NCBI GenBank assembly: GCA_963824495.1
Contig: CAWGPQ010000011.1
Coordinates: 1-64,000 of the forward strand
From: an uncultured bacterium
Lineage (GTDB): Bacteria; Babelota; Babeliae; Babelales; Babelaceae
Length of the DNA: 64,000 nt
Direction of reading: 5' to 3'
Position numbers and translations under genes: made by a program. The notes beneath the pieces were generated by a model that was given only the letters and a program-made list of their open reading frames with translations, made no database searches and was not told the DNA's origin. Below, in pieces: positions 1 to 9,418 of this stretch. Positions within the stretch are counted from its first letter, which is position 1. The number at the start of each line of letters is the position of its first letter.

Positions 1-1510
1 GCCATAAGCCGTGCTCATGGGATGGCTCTGCATAGGTGGCCTTATGGGTGGCTTTATAGGCATACAGTGCAACCATACATGAGCTTACAACAAATAATAC
101 GCTTGTTGCGTGCTTAAAGTGTTTCATAAGCCTGCTATCATGAGGAGCAATAGTAATGCTATAATATATACCCATTAAGAAGAGAAATAAGGCAACTGCC
201 CATAAAAGCTTATACCAGGCAATAATGGCACTGAGATAATAAAAGCACATACCTATGAGCATTAAGCCAAATAGTTTTTTAACTTCTACCATCCAGCTGC
301 CTGCTCGAGGAAGTAAATGTACCGAGTTTGAAAATGTTCCAATAATAAGGAGCGGTAGGCTTGATCCAACACCAAAAGCAAAGAGCAAAAGAAATCCAAG
401 AACTATATTGCCCATGTTTGCAACAATAGTCAAAACCAGTGCAAGACCGGGTGAAAGGCAAGGAGATGCAACGGTACCGCTTACTGCCCCAAAGAGAAAG
501 GCTGAAAGGAAAGGACCCCCGAGGGTCTTAACATGCGAAGTTTGGAGAAGCCGTGGAATATATATCTCATAAAATCCAAACATAGACAGACCCAAATAAG
601 CAAGAAAAGCAACAAGAATAATTACAAAAATAGGGTTGCCAAGGAGCTGCCCAAATTGTGTGCCTCCATAAGAAGCTAAAAGACCCAGAATAGCAAATGT
701 CGTACCAATGCCAAAGGTATACGAAAGAGCAATAAGGATGTTTTTACCAACTGATTGACCAGGAGTTGCTTGTAAAATACCAACAGTTATAGGAATCATC
801 GGGTAAATACAGGGAGTAAAACTCATGAGTAATCCCAGAAGCAGGACAAGGGCAAGGCGTATTGCCAGAGAATCGGTTTTTTCTACCAAAAGCGATAATG
901 AGTATTTCAAATTCTTAAAGAAAGACCCAAATGATGTTAGAAATGTTGAAAATATACTGTTTGCCAGGGGGATTAGTGCTTGAGGTGTTAAAGCTGTTGT
1001 GATGCTTGATTGAGGTAATGATGGAGGTACTATACGAGAGCTTTGAGCAGAGATAACGTTCGTAACCCCTGGCTGTTCCCCTGTACCATCAGGTGACACT
1101 GTTGGTTGGGTAAAAGAAAGTGAGAACGATTTTTCTTGAGGATGCTTTTCATTACTTAAAAGATAGTGCATGAACAATCTCACGTGATCAATGTGAGCGG
1201 CCGGATCACGCGTAACAGTCAGCGTAAATGAAACAGTATCATTATAGCTCAGCTTAGTATCTTTAAAAGCACTGTCATATACGTGTAATGGTGGTTTATT
1301 GCTTTCCCATGGCGAAAGAACAAAAGCTGGATTATCTACGGAAAAGTTCAGTGAATCTTTAAATAATACCTGCTGTGGCTCAAGTGCTATAGTAATGGTA
1401 ACTTTGGAAATATGATCATCGAGCGCTTCAGATACCAGGCAAAAGTTTTCTGCGTAAGCCTGTGTCGCATAGAGCGCAAGACATAGTCCTGCATATACTC
1501 GGTAGTTCAT
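1..1510 (-). CDS. dsbD: Thiol:disulfide interchange protein DsbD (3' end runs off the window)
   Basis: Not in the ORF track. Hand translation from ATG 1510 gives MNYRVYAGLCLALYATQAYA (signal peptide). In frame is LLMSFTPCIYPMIPITVGIL, and ASPCLSPGL follows downstream; these match the two catalytic Cys motifs of the DsbD membrane domain. Confidence 0.88.
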   Translation of the reverse strand, partial: MNYRVYAGLCLALYATQAYAENFCLVSEALDDHISKVTITIALEPQQVLFKDSLNFSVDNPAFVLSPWESNKPPLHVYDSAFKDTKLSYNDTVSFTLTVTRDPAAHIDHVRLFMHYLLSNEKHPQEKSFSLSFTQPTVSPDGTGEQPGVTNVISAQSSRIVPPSLPQSSITTALTPQALIPLANSIFSTFLTSFGSFFKNLKYSLSLLVEKTDSLAIRLALVLLLGLLMSFTPCIYPMIPITVGILQATPGQSVGKNILIALSYTFGIGTTFAILGLLASYGGTQFGQLLGNPIFVIILVAFLAYLGLSMFGFYEIYIPRLLQTSHVKTLGGPFLSAFLFGAVSGTVASPCLSPGLALVLTIVANMGNIVLGFLLLFAFGVGSSLPLLIIGTFSNSVHLLPRAGSWMVEVKKLFGLMLIGMCFYYLSAIIAWYKLLWAVALFLFLMGIYYSITIAPHDSRLMKHFKHATSVLFVVSSCMVALYAYKATHKATYAEPSHEHGLW

Positions 1511-1607
1511 AAATAGTGCCCCTTATGTAACCTATAGTGCTGCAAGTGTTTGCTATTTCGCCTATAATCTATTAGAATACTATAAAGTATTTCTCAAAAT
1601 TTTCTAT

Positions 1608-1683
1608 GGGGCTGTAGCTCAGTTGGCAGAGCGCATGGATGGCATTCATGAGGTCACCGGTTCGACCCCGGTCAGCTCCACCA
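1608..1683 (+). tRNA. tRNA-Ala(GGC)
   Basis: 76-nt cloverleaf GGGGCTG...CAGCTCC-A-CCA with anticodon GGC, the G3:U70 alanine determinant, a TTCGA T-loop and an encoded CCA. Confidence 0.97.
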
Positions 1684-1941
1684 TACTTCGCTTCATCCTT
1701 CGCTGAAGCTACGGATGACAAGAAAGCTTCGTATGACATACCAGCTATATTTGAAGGAATGACTTTAAAAGTAGATAAAACGTTGATAGTACAGAGCGAA
1801 AGCTGTCCGCCGAAGCCCCCTTAATCCGCCGTAGCTACAAAGTAGCGAAGGAGGATGGTGTAGGCTGGACTTACAACATTATTAGTTCGTTATCTTCTCC
1901 GCTATCTTCTTCATGAAAGCTATGAAGATCGTGAAAACTTC
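1683..1941. repeat. Cluster of nested imperfect palindromes (REP-like)
   Basis: catccTTCGCtgaaGCTACggatg (1694-1717); an inverted relative atccgccGTAGCtacaaagtaGCGAAggaggat (1824-1856); a decayed copy at 1904-1929. The first two each sit inside an outer copy of the same motif. Confidence 0.7.
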
Positions 1942-2047
1942 GTTTAATCCAGGGTAACGTGCTCTGCTGCTTTTGTTGAGCTTCAGTAATGTTCTTTGTG
2001 AGCCTTAAGCAGAAAGAGCTAACCGACATAGCGAGCATTTTCGTACC

Positions 2048-2575
2048 ATGGTAAATACTTTAGGAATCATAACGATAATTCTAACGGTTTTTATAGCATC
2101 CAATGGGAATAAGTATACTCAAGAAGTACAGGAAAAAGAGCATGTAATAATAGTGCCAAAGCTATATGAATTTGGGAACGAGCTGCATACTTTTCTACTT
2201 AAGATAAACGAAGGCATGCATCAGCCTTTGCCTACATTAGCACTTACAACATTCTTTACGTATTCAGTAGTATATGTAACGTATGTACTGATAACAAATC
2301 CGCACTTACCAATTGTTACGCAACTTGAATACTTAACCGTGCTTATGGGCGATATCGTAGCGTTAAGGCTTTTTTTACCAGCAGAAATCAATGTTGTGAT
2401 TATAGGACACAATCTAGGTATAATAGGCAGTCTCATTCTTGTCTATATAACAGAAGTGATAACGCTTCATCATCGAAGATTAATTGCTTTAAGGGCTAGC
2501 TTACTTGAACGAGGCTTGCCACTCAATGTCATAGACGAAATTATAGAGTACGCGCAGTGGGCAGATGCCCATTAA
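2048..2575 (+). CDS. Hypothetical membrane protein with C-terminal F-box-like motif
   Basis: 175-aa ORF with an N-terminal hydrophobic segment and further hydrophobic helices; ends GLPLNVIDEIIEY. Confidence 0.6.
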   Translation: MVNTLGIITIILTVFIASNGNKYTQEVQEKEHVIIVPKLYEFGNELHTFLLKINEGMHQPLPTLALTTFFTYSVVYVTYVLITNPHLPIVTQLEYLTVLMGDIVALRLFLPAEINVVIIGHNLGIIGSLILVYITEVITLHHRRLIALRASLLERGLPLNVIDEIIEYAQWADAH

Positions 2576-2682
2576 TTTTTGATCTTTTTTGAGATCCTGT
2601 TCTCAAAAATTAAATTTACGATAAGCTTATAATAAATTTAATTTTTTTAACATTTAGGTATCAGTATGAAACAAAAAAGATT

Positions 2683-3543
2683 TTGTTAGCATTCTTAATT
2701 ATCAGTTACCCAGCTTTGCTTAAGAGTAATGGGTATTTTATACGAGGTTTTGGTGATGCTACCAATCGGGTTATCACGCAAGGAATCGCTGCGCTTGAAT
2801 ATCGTTTTTTTAAGGCAATAACAAATTCTCAAAATCCAACAGCAAATCAAGAAGAGCTTGTTGAAGAAGCAAAAAAGAAACTTAATTTTAATGAATCGAT
2901 AAAGATAGCGTCAGGCTGGCCTTATTCGACAATCATGCCTTTATCTGGCATACCGTTTATGGTGGTCTGTGACAGCAACAAGCAGGAAGAACAATTGTGG
3001 CCCGTGTATCATGAAATGGGTCATATTGTCCACCAAGATTCGGTAAAAAGAAGATCTTTGGGATTATGGCGGCGTCTAGTAGGCTTATCCGTCAAAAATC
3101 GACTGGAAAACGTGACTGAAAAAGCAGAGTTTAGAACTGATTATGCAGTCATTCAAGGTTATATAGAGGTTGGGAAAAAAGCTTTTGATGAAACTACCGA
3201 TATAGGTCAGCTTGTCCATCAAGTTTTTTGTGAACACGACAGCCTCTGGATAGAACCTCACGATAGAGAAAACTATTTACTTGCTTGTATTAGCAGGCAG
3301 CAAGAATTTTATGCCGATCTTTTTGCCGTAGAAAAGCTCTTAGAGTACCATGAACATGCTATTATTCTCCAGGACGTCAGGGCAAAACTCACGAGCAAAT
3401 TTGTTGTAGCACAGGATATTAGTATGCCGGGCATGTATCAACGTGCTGATCACCCTTCGGATTTCGAGCGCGGACTTGCGATAATAGGCTTTCTTGTTAA
3501 TAAGAGAGTTGATATCAATGCATTATACGAAACAAATCTTTAG
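2683..3543 (+). CDS. Putative secreted zinc metallopeptidase (M48-like); natural start probably ATG 2666, one base out of frame
   Basis: HEMGH (HExxH), QEFYAD and HPSDFER motifs resemble the M48 signature. Confidence 0.65.
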   Translation: MLAFLIISYPALLKSNGYFIRGFGDATNRVITQGIAALEYRFFKAITNSQNPTANQEELVEEAKKKLNFNESIKIASGWPYSTIMPLSGIPFMVVCDSNKQEEQLWPVYHEMGHIVHQDSVKRRSLGLWRRLVGLSVKNRLENVTEKAEFRTDYAVIQGYIEVGKKAFDETTDIGQLVHQVFCEHDSLWIEPHDRENYLLACISRQQEFYADLFAVEKLLEYHEHAIILQDVRAKLTSKFVVAQDISMPGMYQRADHPSDFERGLAIIGFLVNKRVDINALYETNL

Positions 3544-3605
3544 GTTCCAACTGATCTCTGCTCTAACGAGATAAAGCTGCTAGGTCAAGAAGCATGTCAA
3601 TAAGC

Positions 3606-4736
3606 TCAAGAAGATGATCCAGCAGGAGGTATGCGGCCGGGAGCCAGAGCAAATTGAGCAATAAGGTATGCTAACTCAGGGGGAATGGTAAAACCTGACG
3701 GATGCTGCCATGCCAATTGTCCCATTGTACCTGCTCGTGATAGTCTACCGAACACAGTACGACCTGCCTCTCTTTCTAAAAAAGCAATAACATCAGCGCG
3801 ATGATACCTGTAGGCAAGAGCAATAGGTAAATCACCGTTCTGGTTAATAAGATTCGGGTTAGCATCACGTGCAAGCAGAAGTTTAACTACACTCAAGTTG
3901 CCATTACGTGCTGCCAAATGTAACGGTGTATTACCATTGGCATCTCGCGCGTTTATACCAAAGCCATGATCAAGTAATAATCTTACAAGGGCATCATTGC
4001 CCCGAGCAGCAGCCCAATGCAACGCTGTCATGCCAAAATTATCTCGAAGGCCAACGAAATAGGCTGAAATATGGCTAGGCTGAGAGCCCTCATACTTAGC
4101 TTTCTTACGCGGTGGCTCTGTCGGAGCTTGTTCTAAAAGCTGGCTAACGTGGTCAGTATTGCCAAGAATAACATCCAGTATAAAGGCATTGCCAATTGTT
4201 TCTTCAAGTTGATTTCTGATTCTTTGGATAAGTTGTGGATTATCAGGCAGTCTTGCGCCATGCTCTACAAGCAATCTTACTATATCAGTATGCCCTCTTA
4301 TGGTTGCTTCCATAAGGGGAGTCCGGTCGATTTTGTTAACGTGGTTAATATCAGCACCGTTATCTATCAAGAGTTTAACTACATCTGTGTATCCCTTAAA
4401 AGCTGCATCAAGAAGCGGAGCAGTGCCGGAAGTACCTACATTATTAACATCAGCTCCAGCCTGTATAAGCAGCTCAACGATTTCCCGGTTATTATTGCTC
4501 GGGATATCCCTAAGAATTGCTGATTTTAGAAGGGTAGTGTTACCAATAACACTATTAGCATCAGCACCTTCCTTAAGTAAAGAGGCTATTGCATCCGTAT
4601 TTCCTTGGCCTATCGCGTTGAATAACTTTCTATTAAGTTGGTGCTGGTAAACTTCTTGGGGTGCCATACTCATAATCTGATATGAACTGCCAACAAGGAT
4701 CATAAGGCTTATTACAACGTTAATGCACTTGTTCAT
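3606..4736 (-). CDS. Secreted ankyrin-repeat protein with NLS-like and C-terminal F-box-like motifs
   Basis: Signal peptide; repeated TPLH/TALH...G...LL..GA units; PPRKKAK; C-terminal IPPELAYLIAQF. Confidence 0.9.
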   Translation of the reverse strand: MNKCINVVISLMILVGSSYQIMSMAPQEVYQHQLNRKLFNAIGQGNTDAIASLLKEGADANSVIGNTTLLKSAILRDIPSNNNREIVELLIQAGADVNNVGTSGTAPLLDAAFKGYTDVVKLLIDNGADINHVNKIDRTPLMEATIRGHTDIVRLLVEHGARLPDNPQLIQRIRNQLEETIGNAFILDVILGNTDHVSQLLEQAPTEPPRKKAKYEGSQPSHISAYFVGLRDNFGMTALHWAAARGNDALVRLLLDHGFGINARDANGNTPLHLAARNGNLSVVKLLLARDANPNLINQNGDLPIALAYRYHRADVIAFLEREAGRTVFGRLSRAGTMGQLAWQHPSGFTIPPELAYLIAQFALAPGRIPPAGSSS

Positions 4737-4932
4737 ATACCATCTTACCTATAGTTAATTTATTTTAAAAATGCGCTGATTAAATTATTTATTATTATTT
4801 ATTATTTAGTATACTTTATTTGATTTTTCAAGTAAAGAATTATAGAAAATTCTTGATCGATTTGGCTGAATATTTGAATTAAAGATGCTTTGATCTGTTT
4901 TTAACTGTGATTAATGACCGAGAACTGTTGTA

Positions 4933-5730
4933 TTAGTATTCTAGGACTTCAATAGAACCTTTGGTCACATCTATAGTGATAGGAGCACCACCTTCGCCTA
5001 AGGTAGCTTTTACCTCGCGGCGTAAGCGGTTCCACGTGTCTTTATTAAGTTTCATGGTTTGCGGAAGCATGGTGACGGGGATATCAGTTCTAAGCTCACC
5101 TTTCAGTGTTCGTGCTTGAAGATTTGCATTAATATTTCGTGGAACAAATACTTGTACGTTACCTTGTAACGTTTCTAAAAATACACCTGCTGTTTCTGGT
5201 AATTTTTTTTGTTCAAGCGTGATAGAGCCTAGATTTGTTTTTGCGCGTACATCAGCACATGCATCATGGATTGCAATAGGGCCTTCATTGGTTGCAGCAT
5301 TGATGTTGCCCTGAACGTGCTTAATAGTTATTGAGCCTTTATCAGTATTGATTTGTTTTAGAATAGCATGCTGGGGGACTAGAATAGTATATATAACCGT
5401 TGCCGCTGGTGAATCATGAGGAACTAATGTGCTAATAACCATCGATTGAGCATTGAATTTTACACTAATTGTGGTCGTTTTAAGCGATTCAGGTGTACCT
5501 TTTTTAATGGCTTCAACAACTATTTTTGTGTGTTTCCATGTTTTAACCAGAATATCGCCCGAGGTGTTATAGAGTTCGAGTGTGGCATGAGCAGGAAAGT
5601 CATACTCTTGCATAAATGTTTCCTGCTGTGCTGTAGAAAATAACGATGAAAAGAATTCAGGAATAGCAAAGCTATAGAGAGTGCTTGTAAACATTAGTGG
5701 TATACTAATAAAGATTTTTTTGGCAATCAT
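4933..5730 (-). CDS. DUF4097-like beta-strand repeat exported protein
   Basis: Signal peptide and repeated T-x-x-G-x-I/V motifs (TSGDI, TDKGSI, TNEGPI, TNLGSI, TLQGNV, TKGSI). Confidence 0.75.
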   Translation of the reverse strand: MIAKKIFISIPLMFTSTLYSFAIPEFFSSLFSTAQQETFMQEYDFPAHATLELYNTSGDILVKTWKHTKIVVEAIKKGTPESLKTTTISVKFNAQSMVISTLVPHDSPAATVIYTILVPQHAILKQINTDKGSITIKHVQGNINAATNEGPIAIHDACADVRAKTNLGSITLEQKKLPETAGVFLETLQGNVQVFVPRNINANLQARTLKGELRTDIPVTMLPQTMKLNKDTWNRLRREVKATLGEGGAPITIDVTKGSIEVLEY

Positions 5731-5851
5731 GGTTATAATCCTTTATATATACGAGGACGTATATAGTATATAATAGACACATGAGCACGTAGAGTGTATA
5801 TCAAAATAGTTTTCACGTATATCATGTATACTAAGCATATAGGACACCCTT

Positions 5852-7261
5852 ATGGATCGTCTATTACTTCCCCGTGAAGATTACCAAAAACTACGAGCTC
5901 GTATACAAGAGTTTTATCCTGTGCTGGAAGTTATACAGCACATAGAGCACGTTGGGGGTCAATCATTTCTTGTCGGTGGTGCTGTACGAGATCTTATTAT
6001 GGGATTGCCCATTAAAGATCTCGATATTGAAGTGCATAATCTTTCACTTGATCAGTTGAGCAACGTTATGGGTGCCTTTGGCCACGTGAATTATGTTGGT
6101 AAATCATTTGGTGTACTGAGGCTCGAAGGGTTGCCGGTTGATTGGTCATTACCAAGAACTGATCAAGCTGGTCGCAAGCCCGACGTAACGCTCGACCCAG
6201 CTATGACCATTGAAGAAGCCCTGCGCAGAAGAGATCTTACCATGAACGCTATGGCGATCGACCTCATGTCATATGAGCTCATAGACCCCTTTAATGGGGT
6301 ACAGGATATTCAAGAGCACGTCATGCGAACACCTGATCCTTATTTTTTTATTCATGATCCATTACGATTTTTCCGGGTTATGCAGTTTATAAGCCGTTTT
6401 GCTCTGTGTCCTGATACTGAGCTTAATCGTGTCTGTAAACAGATGGATATTACGCATATATCACGAGAGCGCATTGAGATGGAGTTTAATAAACTCATGC
6501 TTCTATCAAAGCAGCCATCATTGGGTATACGATGGCTAGAACATCTTGGTAGGCTTTCAGAAATATTGCCTGAGCTTGCAGCGACGCGTGCTGTGCCCCA
6601 AGATCCCTCATGGCATCCTGAAGGTGATGTGTTTGAACACACTATGCAAGCTTTGGATGCAGCTGCGCAAGAAAACTATGACTCAGATCGTCAAAAAATT
6701 ATTATCACGTATGCGGCCTTATGTCACGATTTAGGTAAAGTTGTTACCACCCGCTTTATTAAGGGTCGATGGCGTGCATATGGGCATGATAGAGCAGGCG
6801 TGCCCTTAACACGAGCGATGCTCAAGAGAATAACCCATGACCGAGAACTTATTGATAGTGTGAGCTTGCTTGTGGAATACCATATGGTGCCATTTGAGTG
6901 GGTAAAATCCAATGCACGACCTGCTGCATATAAGCGTTTAGCTTATACACTGAGTCCCTACGTAACGCTCGGTATGCTTGCACGTTTAGCATGCGCAGAT
7001 AAACGGGGGCGTAATCCTGAGCTTGGACACCCTCTTATAACACCATGTCCGGAGGTTGAAGAGTTTGTACGACGAGCTGAAGCCGCCGGTGTGCTCCATC
7101 AACCAGAGCATCCTGTGCTTCAAGGCCGGGACTTACTCGATAGCGTGCCATCTGGACCGGAACTTGGTAGATTGGTTAAAGAAGCATATAACATTCAAAT
7201 TGCCCAAAACATTCACGATAAAGGAGAACTCAAGCTACGTGTATTGAAGCTCTTTAAATAA
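5852..7261 (+). CDS. cca: CCA tRNA nucleotidyltransferase with HD domain
   Basis: VGGAVRD..DLD, RRDLTMNAMA, DPLR and ERI..EF motifs, plus HPEGDVFEH and LCHDLGK. Confidence 0.9.
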   Translation: MDRLLLPREDYQKLRARIQEFYPVLEVIQHIEHVGGQSFLVGGAVRDLIMGLPIKDLDIEVHNLSLDQLSNVMGAFGHVNYVGKSFGVLRLEGLPVDWSLPRTDQAGRKPDVTLDPAMTIEEALRRRDLTMNAMAIDLMSYELIDPFNGVQDIQEHVMRTPDPYFFIHDPLRFFRVMQFISRFALCPDTELNRVCKQMDITHISRERIEMEFNKLMLLSKQPSLGIRWLEHLGRLSEILPELAATRAVPQDPSWHPEGDVFEHTMQALDAAAQENYDSDRQKIIITYAALCHDLGKVVTTRFIKGRWRAYGHDRAGVPLTRAMLKRITHDRELIDSVSLLVEYHMVPFEWVKSNARPAAYKRLAYTLSPYVTLGMLARLACADKRGRNPELGHPLITPCPEVEEFVRRAEAAGVLHQPEHPVLQGRDLLDSVPSGPELGRLVKEAYNIQIAQNIHDKGELKLRVLKLFK

Positions 7262-7341
7262 TATCTTAAACTACTATACAGATGTTTTGGAAAATACCTG
7301 TAATCTTACTATCGCAATTTCTATTTCTATAAGGATCAACT

Positions 7342-8022
7342 ATGGCTCTCGTGCATCTTATTGCTCAAGCCGATGCCCTGAGCAAGCTTACCCTGCTGAC
7401 ACTAACGAGCATGTCTATCGTATGCTGGGGAATCACGTTATATAAGCTTGTTCTGTTACGTGTTAAGAAAAATCAATTGCGTAAAACGTATAGCGCCCTT
7501 TCCTCAATTACGAGTTTAGATGGTCTCTTAAAGCTCGGTGCTTCTGTACAGGATTCAGCCGGAGGGCATGTAATAGCACATGCCCTTACTATGCTCAAGT
7601 CACTCTTAACGACTCAGTATGGTACAAAAAATATACTTTCCGAGCATGACATGAGGCTTATGCAAGCATCACTGGAACATGTGCTTGATGATATTCATTC
7701 CCAAGAAGAGGAATATATACCTGTGCTCAAAGTAAGTGCTGAGGTTGCGCCGCTTATAGGTTTATTCGGTACGGTATGGGGCCTGATACATTCGTTTATT
7801 CGTATTAGCCATCAGCAATCGGCTGATATAGTCACGGTTGCTCCTGGTATTTCTGAAGCGCTTATCACAACGCTTATGGGGTTAATTGTTGCAATCCCTG
7901 CACTTGTAATGTTTAATTACTTGCGCTTAAAGATACAAGAACTTGATCGGCAACTTTTTGCTCTTGCTGAGCGTATTGAGTGGCTCATTATACGTAATTT
8001 GGGCAGAGAAGAAGGGGGTTAA
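7342..8022 (+). CDS. tolQ: MotA/TolQ/ExbB proton channel protein
   Basis: APLIGLFGTVWG and VAPGISEALITTLMGLIVAIPA; first gene of a tolQRAB-like operon. Confidence 0.85.
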   Translation: MALVHLIAQADALSKLTLLTLTSMSIVCWGITLYKLVLLRVKKNQLRKTYSALSSITSLDGLLKLGASVQDSAGGHVIAHALTMLKSLLTTQYGTKNILSEHDMRLMQASLEHVLDDIHSQEEEYIPVLKVSAEVAPLIGLFGTVWGLIHSFIRISHQQSADIVTVAPGISEALITTLMGLIVAIPALVMFNYLRLKIQELDRQLFALAERIEWLIIRNLGREEGG

Positions 8023-8460
8023 ATGCGCATCTATCGCTATAGACGGCTTGCTCGTAGTTCTGGACATCAAGAACCATCTGTCTCCCTTACGCCTTTAATT
8101 GATACCGTGCTTGTCTTACTTGTTATTTTCATGGTCACTACACCTGTTATACGTCATGCTATAAAAGTAGATTTAGCATCAGGCGATATGCAGGAAGCGC
8201 AAGGTATAGCACAGGATGTTATTATCACAATTGATCATCAGATGAAAATTTATTGTAATACCGTACCCGTAACAGAGCCTGAACTCCTTGTAAAGTTGCC
8301 GACTTTGTTGCGTGAACTTAAAACTGACACAGTGTTTATTGACGTTGATGGGGTTGTTGAATCTCGTTTTACTATAGAGCTGATAGACAAGCTAAAGCAT
8401 CTTGGAGGTGTTGGACGTGTTATTTTGGAAACACAGCAAAAGCGCACAGCTACTGCTTAA
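8023..8460 (+). CDS. tolR: TolR/ExbD biopolymer transport protein
   Basis: LTPLIDTVLVLLVIFMVT motif; abuts tolQ. Confidence 0.85.
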   Translation: MRIYRYRRLARSSGHQEPSVSLTPLIDTVLVLLVIFMVTTPVIRHAIKVDLASGDMQEAQGIAQDVIITIDHQMKIYCNTVPVTEPELLVKLPTLLRELKTDTVFIDVDGVVESRFTIELIDKLKHLGGVGRVILETQQKRTATA

Positions 8461-9415
8461 GGTATTCAGCTCATCAGCACTTTTGCATATGGTACTTTTT
8501 AGTATACTTTTTATGCAGCGAGAACCGATAAGAACCGAGCTTGTCGTACTTGCGGGCTCTTTAAAAAAAGAGGGAGCACCGGTTTTTTTCAGATCATTGC
8601 GCCATTCTAATGGACAGAATCAAGTATTGCCGGTATCGTCCCCTGTGCCAACCCCTCCACCAGCTCATACAGGAGCTCATAAAATAGCTCAGGCACAACA
8701 TAGTCCAGCACCTCTATCCGCTACGCCTGCTCAATCTGCTATTACCAAGGCTCCTAAGAAACTCCGAGCAGCAAAAGCACAACCAGTAAAAGTGCAGCAC
8801 AAGCCATTAGCTTTAAGAAAAAAAGTTCAAGAAAAAAGTAAGATTAAAACGGCAGCACCAGTTCCGGTTGCGCCTCAAGCTCAAAATTTAGCTGTTCAAA
8901 AAAAGATAGAAAACCCTGTAGCCAAGCAAGAAGTCTTGAAAGAAGCTTTAGCACCCGTTATTACTGAAGTTGTGCCTCAAAAAAACCCTTTACATCAAGA
9001 ATCTCTACACCGAGAACCTATAGAGATACCAGAAGAGATACGAGCATCTCGGAATGTCCCAGCTCCCTTGAAGGAAATCACGACCGTTGCTCTCAACCTA
9101 TCTAATCTATCTAATTTATCTATGAATGAGCACATAGTTGCTAAAGATGTCCCTGTGCCTGAGTCATCGGTAGAACACATAACAAGTATTGAGCGTGAGA
9201 TACGTCGGAATTGGCGACCACCCCGTGGTTTAAGTAATACCGGAACATGTGTCTTTAAAGTACGGGTTAGAGCCGATGGAACTGTTCATGCTCATGACTT
9301 GAAAACAGAGGAAAACTCATGCGTTTTGAGCTATTACGTCTCGATGCGTGAGGCAATCTTACGCTCTCGATTTCCACAATCATGTGGTAAAGAGCTTATA
9401 CTTATTTTGGGATAG
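8402..9415 (+). CDS. TolA/TonB-like protein (start uncertain)
   Basis: N-terminal TM with S-x-x-L-H motif, Pro/Lys/Ala-rich linker and C-terminal IRRNWRPP domain; lies between tolR and tolB. Confidence 0.75.
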   Translation: MEVLDVLFWKHSKSAQLLLKVFSSSALLHMVLFSILFMQREPIRTELVVLAGSLKKEGAPVFFRSLRHSNGQNQVLPVSSPVPTPPPAHTGAHKIAQAQHSPAPLSATPAQSAITKAPKKLRAAKAQPVKVQHKPLALRKKVQEKSKIKTAAPVPVAPQAQNLAVQKKIENPVAKQEVLKEALAPVITEVVPQKNPLHQESLHREPIEIPEEIRASRNVPAPLKEITTVALNLSNLSNLSMNEHIVAKDVPVPESSVEHITSIEREIRRNWRPPRGLSNTGTCVFKVRVRADGTVHAHDLKTEENSCVLSYYVSMREAILRSRFPQSCGKELILILG

Positions 9416-9418
9416 CAT

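Noticed and set aside
255..572. Short ORFs at the window start
   Set aside because: They lie within dsbD, antisense or in another frame.
1639..1824. 61-aa ORF
   Set aside because: Overlaps tRNA-Ala and the palindrome cluster.
1684..4736. Possible tRNA-anchored integrative island
   Set aside because: Accessory genes follow the tRNA, but I found no integrase and no duplicated tRNA 3' end.
9098..9121. 9-nt microrepeat (LSNLSNLS) in the TolA-like gene
   Set aside because: Ordinary in-frame slippage in a disordered linker.
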